This document shows, piece by piece, positions 58,597 through 64,000 of a DNA stretch of 64,000 nt (positions are counted from its first letter, which is position 1; each line of letters starts with the position of its first letter). Below the pieces are notes generated by a model that was given only the letters and a program-made list of their open reading frames with translations, did not search any database and was not told the origin of the DNA. The position numbers were made by a program, and so were the translations under genes. The stretch comes from Bacteroidota bacterium. Its GTDB lineage: Bacteria > Bacteroidota > Ignavibacteria > Ignavibacteriales > Melioribacteraceae. The stretch lies in assembly GCA_018818065.1 (NCBI GenBank), contig JAHISV010000005.1:42527-106526 (forward strand), in the 5' to 3' direction.

Positions 58597-59559
58597 CTAA
58601 ACTAATTTCTTCGATGACTTTATGCCCTCTGCCGGGTTAAATGGCTGAAAAAATTTAGCGCTAAAACCCGCGCGCCATACATGAAATAGAATTAATTTTT
58701 TTACAATATTTTTTAACCAATGTGGTGCTTTATCGTTCATTTTGTTGAAGAGCGTTTCGATGCCACTTTGTTTAACCAATTGTCCGGGCAAGTTCTTAAC
58801 ACCACTATCGCTTTTAGAATTCCAGGCGACAACAAAATCACTTTGCTGTGGTGTCGACTCAAAAGGTGTAATTTTGGCTATCCTTTTTGCGAGAACAAGA
58901 AGGTAAACTTGTTTGGTGCTGGTCATGGTGACTCTTCCCCCTACAGAAGCTGGATTTTTTACAGAATACCATTTTGCAAGGGGGTTGTCTTCAAAGGCAA
59001 TGAGACGAACCAATTCGAAACCATTTGCCGGTGTAAAGACACTGTAATACAGCTCCGGAGAAAATTGATAAAAGCCGTGTCCCATAAAATTATTGGCAGG
59101 AGATATTCCAAGATAATACCCCCCAACTTCTACCATTTTCATGCAGTTTTTCAAAGCCATCGGAAAATTAAAAACGTGTTCCAAACTGCCAGAATCACAA
59201 ACAACCGAGTATTGTTCATTGAACTGATCAGGGATATCAAGGTTCATATCGTGTACGTGCGAGCTTCCCTCGTAATCAGAAAAGTCAAATGAGTCCACCT
59301 TTTTAGCCCCGATGGACTGGAAAAATCTTTCTGCATATGGGCCGCAAGAATAAATTTCTCTGATGATTTTTTCTGTAAAAGAAAATCCAAATTGGGTAAA
59401 ACTTCGCTTGAGGTCAGAAGGTCTTAGCCCCAGGTTTTGTCTGCCTATCATGGCAGTTCTCGTAAAATCAGATCCCTGGTTTTGGGAGTATAATAAAAAC
59501 TTAATGCCATTTATATCGAGTCCCAATCCCATGCTCCTTAACAAGTTGATAATTTGCAT
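58597..59559 (-). CDS. hypothetical protein, possible methyltransferase-like fold
   Basis: 'VVCDSGSLEHVFNFPMALKNCMKMVEVGGYYL' resembles post-motif-II/III of class I methyltransferases. The N-terminal GxGxG is not evident. Confidence 0.4.
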   Translation of the reverse strand: MQIINLLRSMGLGLDINGIKFLLYSQNQGSDFTRTAMIGRQNLGLRPSDLKRSFTQFGFSFTEKIIREIYSCGPYAERFFQSIGAKKVDSFDFSDYEGSSHVHDMNLDIPDQFNEQYSVVCDSGSLEHVFNFPMALKNCMKMVEVGGYYLGISPANNFMGHGFYQFSPELYYSVFTPANGFELVRLIAFEDNPLAKWYSVKNPASVGGRVTMTSTKQVYLLVLAKRIAKITPFESTPQQSDFVVAWNSKSDSGVKNLPGQLVKQSGIETLFNKMNDKAPHWLKNIVKKLILFHVWRAGFSAKFFQPFNPAEGIKSSKKLV

Positions 59560-59725
59560 GTTCCCGAGCTCAATAACTCTATCTACTCCAAATCTATAGC
59601 ATAATCATTCTTTGCAGCAGCCTGGAAAGGATTCTGAAAAACATTCTGAACAGCAATAAATAAACCATACTTTATGGAAAATAATTCAATTTATTGCCTG
59701 TCTTCCCCCCCAAGCGGTACTTCTG

Positions 59726-60895
59726 CTATTCCATATTTTTCAAAATTTCTTCTATTGACTCGCGCTCGGCACCCTCCGGCTCCAGTTCCATATACTTTCT
59801 GAAATGAAACTTCACCTTCTCGTCATCATCGGAATGAGAGTATAAAAGATGACCAAGATTAAGGTGAGCAATCGGGTCCTTTTCATCCAACTCAACCAGC
59901 TTTTGGTAATATGCCAGGGCATCATCAATCTCTCCCTTGAATGCCGAGATAGTTGCCAGACAATGAAGGATATTGGTTTTTGTCTCGACTTTTTTAAGCA
60001 TTTCAATCAGATAATTTTCTATCTCTTCAACATCATCAACGGCGTCATTGCTAAAATCAAGGTTGAAAGATTCGATTAGTGCATCCGAGGCATTTTGATA
60101 GTCACCTTTTTCGTCCAAAAGCTGGGCCTTATTGTAGAACAAGGCGGAATCTTCAGGAGTAACGGATTCAAGTTCGGTTAATATTTCCAACTGCTTATCA
60201 ACGTCCTCATTCTTTTCAGCTGCTTCAAGTTTTTCATGGAGACTGTTTTTAAGATCCTCAATTTCGATCATAATGCCTTCGGCTTCATCCATATCTTCCA
60301 TGGGAAGAACAATTGAATAAGGTGAATTGAAAGAACTAAAACGAACCAGCTTAGTTGAATTAATTGAATAATTTATCCCGGTATCATCCAGTAGATGTGC
60401 CAACCGGAGAATGTAAGCTTTTGAAGTTGAGTCGGCAAATGTATCCCAGTGTTTTATTATTTCAATTCCTTCAGGCAGCCAATCTCCGAGTGAGAAAAAA
60501 TCGATCAGGGATTTCTTTAACATCGTCTCGTCATCGAGGAAGAAAGAACTGAAGCCCGACTTAGGATCGTAATGATGAAGAACAAAGGTCCTGGCGTTCT
60601 TTTGGATGGCTAAATGTTCAGCCATATAATTTCTGAAGTAGATTACATCAAGCGGTTCTTTTAAAAGTGAAGTTTTTTCAAAAGCGGAAGCTACATCAAC
60701 TTTTTCAAATTCATTGAGATTTATATTGTACTCAACAACTTTTAATACATCTTCAAGTTTAATGCCCCTGGTGTTTAACTCTACCTGCACTTTCTCTCTG
60801 TAATCCTCATGAAAATTATCTTTCTTTATCGTTAGTATCGATATCAGTTCATCATCACTCATGGCGTCAATTGGTTTAATAATATTCTCTTCCAT
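59726..60895 (-). CDS. hypothetical acidic protein with C-terminal TPR-like repeats
   Basis: 'ALFYNKAQLLDEKGDYQNASDAL', 'ALAYYQKLVELDEKDPIAHLNLGHLLY'. 389 aa. Confidence 0.45.
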   Translation of the reverse strand: MEENIIKPIDAMSDDELISILTIKKDNFHEDYREKVQVELNTRGIKLEDVLKVVEYNINLNEFEKVDVASAFEKTSLLKEPLDVIYFRNYMAEHLAIQKNARTFVLHHYDPKSGFSSFFLDDETMLKKSLIDFFSLGDWLPEGIEIIKHWDTFADSTSKAYILRLAHLLDDTGINYSINSTKLVRFSSFNSPYSIVLPMEDMDEAEGIMIEIEDLKNSLHEKLEAAEKNEDVDKQLEILTELESVTPEDSALFYNKAQLLDEKGDYQNASDALIESFNLDFSNDAVDDVEEIENYLIEMLKKVETKTNILHCLATISAFKGEIDDALAYYQKLVELDEKDPIAHLNLGHLLYSHSDDDEKVKFHFRKYMELEPEGAERESIEEILKNME

Positions 60896-61272
60896 TTACC
60901 TTTGCTCTTTATTGTTAATATTAAATTGTGTTTTAGAAAATTACGGATTTTTTTCAATAGATGGAGAGCACCCCAAAAAGCAATCCAAGGTTATGAAAGA
61001 AATTATGATAAAGGAACCTTTACGCTTGCTAGGTGAAGATCCGATTATTTTTGTCAATTCCTATTTAGGGTGTGCTTTTTTGTTATCAGTTGCAGCGAGT
61101 GGCTTCTTTAGTAAATCAAAGTATATCCCAGGCAAGACTAAAGCCAACTTTATAAATTCCATTGACGTATTTATTTATATAAACCATTTCCCCTGATGAA
61201 CTGAAATAGTGGGAATAAGCATATTCTTTATCACTTGTCCAATAATACATTATGTCAATGCCTAGCCAGCAT

Positions 61273-61770
61273 CTAGAATTTAAATCGTATTCCAATACCT
61301 TGTTTAGATTTTTTAGAAACCTGAGCATCATGGAATATCAAACTGTTTCGAAGAATTATTTGCCATGCATCGTTTATTTCATACTCTAATAATATACCAA
61401 GGGTGAAACGTAGTCCGTCTTCCGAAGCAGGTCCGTTTTTTATCATATACCTGTAACAGATACCACTCTCAATTCCTAAATTAATGGACCATAAGACTAA
61501 TTTATTTAATCTACTCATTACATCATATTCAAGATAATAACTCAAAAATCCTTCATCGTAGACTAATATATTTGGACCGTGAATAAATTTTAGATTGTAT
61601 GTTTCACCTGACAACAATGTTGTTGGCCTATAAAATGATAGTGTTGTGCTTTGAGGAATAGTCACTAATTCGAATTGTGAACTATAATTAACAAAGCCAA
61701 TATTCGATGAATCTGCTTCCTGAGCATAATTTATCGTAAGACAAAAAATTATCGACAATAATATTTTCAT
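61273..61770 (-). CDS. hypothetical secreted protein, probable small outer-membrane beta-barrel
   Basis: Signal peptide 'MKILLSIIFCLTINYAQEA', alternating amphipathic strands, C-terminal 'GIRFKF'. Confidence 0.45.
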   Translation of the reverse strand: MKILLSIIFCLTINYAQEADSSNIGFVNYSSQFELVTIPQSTTLSFYRPTTLLSGETYNLKFIHGPNILVYDEGFLSYYLEYDVMSRLNKLVLWSINLGIESGICYRYMIKNGPASEDGLRFTLGILLEYEINDAWQIILRNSLIFHDAQVSKKSKQGIGIRFKF

Positions 61771-61973
61771 TCCTCACCAACTTTAATGGTTAACGTAGTG
61801 GTTTTTAAGTTTATCCCGCATTCCACCGCGGCGGATTTTCCCTCAAGTATGGCTGCCTGTCCGCCGGTCCTTTGGGCGGAGTCTGTTTGAAAAGCTGGTT
61901 ATAATGCGCTTAATAAAACACTTGCAACTATCATAATAATGATATAATATTGATATTATTTAAGGAGCATATA

Positions 61974-62246
61974 ATGCCAATAATTAAGCCAATATCTGAT
62001 TTAAGAAATAAATCAAACGAAATATCCGAGCTGGCTCATAATTCTAATGAACCTATCTATATCACAAAAAATGGTGAAGGTGATTTAGTGGTGATGTCTA
62101 TGGCTCATTATTCAAAACTGCAATTAAAACTTGATTTACTTGGAAAACTATCTGTTGCCCAAAACCAGAAGGCCAATGGCGAAAAGGGTCGTACATTAAA
62201 GCAAGTTATGAATAACATTAGGAATACCATTGATGCCCAAAGATAA
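61974..62246 (+). CDS. type II antitoxin, Phd/YefM family
   Basis: 'MPIIKPISDLRNKSNEISE...PIYITKNGEGDLVVMSMAHYSKL'. RBS 'aaggag' lies 6 nt upstream of this ATG; the track ORF starts 24 nt earlier. Confidence 0.75.
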   Translation: MPIIKPISDLRNKSNEISELAHNSNEPIYITKNGEGDLVVMSMAHYSKLQLKLDLLGKLSVAQNQKANGEKGRTLKQVMNNIRNTIDAQR

Positions 62247-62541
62247 ATTCCAAGTTAGACTTCTAAAAATAGCGGAAGAAGATTTTACTGAAATCATATC
62301 ATTCATTGCAGCTGAAAATCCGAATGCGGCAGAAGCAATCGCAAACAAAATTGAAAAGAACTTAGAAAATTTATCAGAAAATCCATTACTTGGTCGAGTG
62401 CCAAGAGATATAGATATCAAAAGTCTTGGCTATCGATATATTATTATTCAAAATTACATTCTATTCTATACCATTGAAGAAAAAACAATTATAGTGCATA
62501 GAATTCTTCATGGTGCTAGAAATTACAACTCTCTACTTTAA
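62230..62541 (+). CDS. type II toxin, RelE/ParE family
   Basis: 'FQVRLLKIAEEDFTEII...GRVPRDIDIKSLGYRYIIIQNYILFYTIEEKTIIVHRILHGARNY'. It overlaps the antitoxin by 17 nt, the typical arrangement. Confidence 0.75.
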   Translation: MMPKDKFQVRLLKIAEEDFTEIISFIAAENPNAAEAIANKIEKNLENLSENPLLGRVPRDIDIKSLGYRYIIIQNYILFYTIEEKTIIVHRILHGARNYNSLL

Positions 62542-62641
62542 GCATTATAACGGTGTTGCCCATAAGCCGGAGTTTACACTGAGCATGTCGAAGTGCCCAA
62601 CACAGCAATGCTTTTCTGACAACGAATTTATATAATTAGTA

Positions 62642-62809
62642 GCCGCATTAACTTGTCCACAAATGCGGCGACATTACTTAACTTTTACAAACTACATCGA
62701 ACAAAATGCCGAACAGCTTGCCCCGCAGTTTTTTTGCGGGGAAAAATCTAAACTATAAAAATGGTACTAACCCCAAACCGTTTCACCTGCCCGCCGTCCT
62801 TTTGGCGGG
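62642..62809. repeat. cluster of short GC-rich perfect hairpins in an AT-rich intergenic region; one is related to a hairpin at 61856-61881
   Basis: 'gccgcatt-N12-aatgcggc' (62642-62669), 'ccccgca-gtttttt-tgcgggg' (62721-62741), 'cccgcc-gtcctttt-ggcggg' (62790-62809). Compare 'tccgcc-ggtcctttg-ggcgga' at 61860-61880. Confidence 0.4.
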
Positions 62810-62840
62810 GCGGGCGGTTTGATGGGCTAGGCATACATAT

Positions 62841-63431
62841 TTATTCTTCAAAATCTAAGTTCATTGGTTTGTTAGGTAATTCATTATTTTTTATCATATT
62901 TGTTACAGGCACATTTTTATCAACCTCTGCTATTTTGATATTATCCATCCATACTTTACCATTGCCGCCTAATAATATGCCAAAGTTTATAGATTTACTA
63001 TTTTCTGGAACATCCAATACTATCTCATACATCTCCCAATCAGTTGTTCCTTTAATAGATCTATTTTGCATATTGTCAAATCCGAGTTGTTCTCTACCGT
63101 TTCCATCTATCCGCATCCACATTCCACTCCAGCCTTGTACATTTTCGGTTTTAAGGAATCCAGTCATTTTTAATCTTTTGTTTAAATATTTCTCTGCACT
63201 GATCGTTTGCATTAAATTTCCAAATGTATTTTCCTTTGGAGATATTGATTTTATATATGCACAAGAATTGCCATTTGTGGATACCGAGTTATCAATTCCA
63301 ATTTCATATTCTGAGATATCATTACCTGAAGGGAACCAACCTTTTGGGATGTTATTTTGCGCATTAATAAATGTAACTGCGACTAATATTATAGATAATG
63401 CTCTAATTACATTTTTCATTCGATACTCCAA
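62841..63431 (-). CDS. hypothetical secreted protein
   Basis: Signal peptide 'MKNVIRALSIILVAVTFINAQ'. 196 aa. Preferred over the antisense ORF 62761..63438, whose product is low-complexity. Confidence 0.45.
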   Translation of the reverse strand: MEYRMKNVIRALSIILVAVTFINAQNNIPKGWFPSGNDISEYEIGIDNSVSTNGNSCAYIKSISPKENTFGNLMQTISAEKYLNKRLKMTGFLKTENVQGWSGMWMRIDGNGREQLGFDNMQNRSIKGTTDWEMYEIVLDVPENSKSINFGILLGGNGKVWMDNIKIAEVDKNVPVTNMIKNNELPNKPMNLDFEE

Positions 63432-63631
63432 CTTATAGGATGTAAAATAATTTTAAATATGCCTAACGGCGTGGTGTTTAAGCGGATGCCCAAGCGTTTA
63501 CGCCGCCTTATATTACGTTTTACTGATTATGTTAGTTAATTACTTCCTACATTATAAAAGCAAAACCATGTCGAACTACCAATGTAACGACCGGCTGAAG
63601 CATTCCGCTTGCAACACTGGTTAGGTGTATA

Positions 63632-64000
63632 TTATTCGAGATTCATACTTTTACCGCGATAAATTACTTCGCCATCATATTTCACTGAGAAATACCAGGG
63701 ACCTATACTTTTAAATTCATCGTTTATATAGATAAATTTATATACAATAGAATCGTTCTCTTTTTTTGCTTGAATATCTTTTGACCAAAACCCATCATAA
63801 TTCCCCCTAACATTAGGAGAAACGTTTGTTACATGATCCAGTTCTTTAAATAAATTCGCCAAAGCCAAAATATTATTGAATTGATTACAATTTAATAAAA
63901 GCCAGTTGTCAATGGTGGATTCTGAGTAGCTCAATATTTCAAGAGAATAATTTTGCAATAAACTATCCACCAACTGATTTCCCACAGGCGTAATATCATA
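63632..64000 (-). CDS. hypothetical protein; N-terminus may extend beyond the window end
   Basis: The reading frame stays open upstream of the track start codon, through 'YDITPVGNQLVD', up to position 64000. Confidence 0.4.
   Translation of the reverse strand, partial: YDITPVGNQLVDSLLQNYSLEILSYSESTIDNWLLLNCNQFNNILALANLFKELDHVTNVSPNVRGNYDGFWSKDIQAKKENDSIVYKFIYINDEFKSIGPWYFSVKYDGEVIYRGKSMNLE

Noticed and set aside
60861-61331. ORFs 60861..61196 (+) and 61116..61331 (-) in the 377-bp gap between the TPR protein and the beta-barrel gene
   Set aside because: Mutually overlapping, no RBS, low-complexity products. They are more likely non-coding promoter or terminator space.
62761-63438. 225-aa plus-strand ORF
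   Set aside because: Its product is low-complexity (Phe/Ile/Leu runs) with no start context. The antisense minus-strand ORF (62841..63431) has a credible signal peptide and balanced composition.
1-64000. CRISPR arrays, tRNA/rRNA genes, integrase or transposase genes
   Set aside because: No regularly spaced direct repeats, no tRNA-like cloverleaf candidates and no recombinase motifs were found in the window. The only mobile-type module is the Phd/ParE pair.

Overview
AT-rich (~36% GC) bacterial chromosomal window. A Por/T9SS C-terminal sorting domain, TonB/CarbopepD receptors and propeller-type sensor kinases point to an FCB-group organism (Bacteroidota/Ignavibacteriota-like). It carries about 55 protein-coding genes. 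No rRNA, tRNA, CRISPR array, integrase or transposase was found.

Recognisable housekeeping genes: ribosomal protein S20, queE and queD, a Sir2/CobB deacylase, an ABC-F ATPase, a DEAD-box helicase, an S46 dipeptidyl-peptidase, a PAP2 phosphatase, a flotillin/NfeD pair and a THUMP RNA methyltransferase.

Signal-transduction genes are dense. They include an orphan cytoplasmic histidine kinase with a Cys4 PAS domain, a hybrid histidine kinase, a sigma-54 NtrC-type two-component pair, and a propeller histidine kinase with a NarL-type regulator and a CheY-like receiver that sits upstream of a LamG/PKD surface protein secreted by T9SS.

Most notable candidates:
1. A polyprenyl-phosphate-sugar GT2 enzyme co-directional with two tandem DUF2723/TMEM260-like GT-C membrane proteins carrying TPR repeats. 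This is a predicted periplasmic protein-glycosylation module. The second paralog is cut by the window start.
2. A 1571-aa UvrA-like ATPase with four nucleotide-binding domains (a tandem fusion of two UvrA2-like units), co-directional with an overlapping hemerythrin-like/DksA-TraR gene pair.
3. A translationally coupled DUF1611 / YhfX-like racemase / VanX D-Ala-D-Ala dipeptidase trio.
4. A tight operon of uncharacterised proteins: a C4 zinc-ribbon protein, a 615-aa WG-repeat protein, a 2-TM peptide and an acidic 200-aa protein.
5. A methyltransferase cassette (FkbM, CmcI-like) interrupted by a GC-rich, probably foreign membrane-protein gene.
6. A Phd/ParE toxin-antitoxin pair flanked by short GC-rich hairpin repeats.

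A second GT2 gene carries a -1 frameshift in an A-run. The supplied ORF track omits ORFs cut by the window edges; two such partial genes were recovered by hand.
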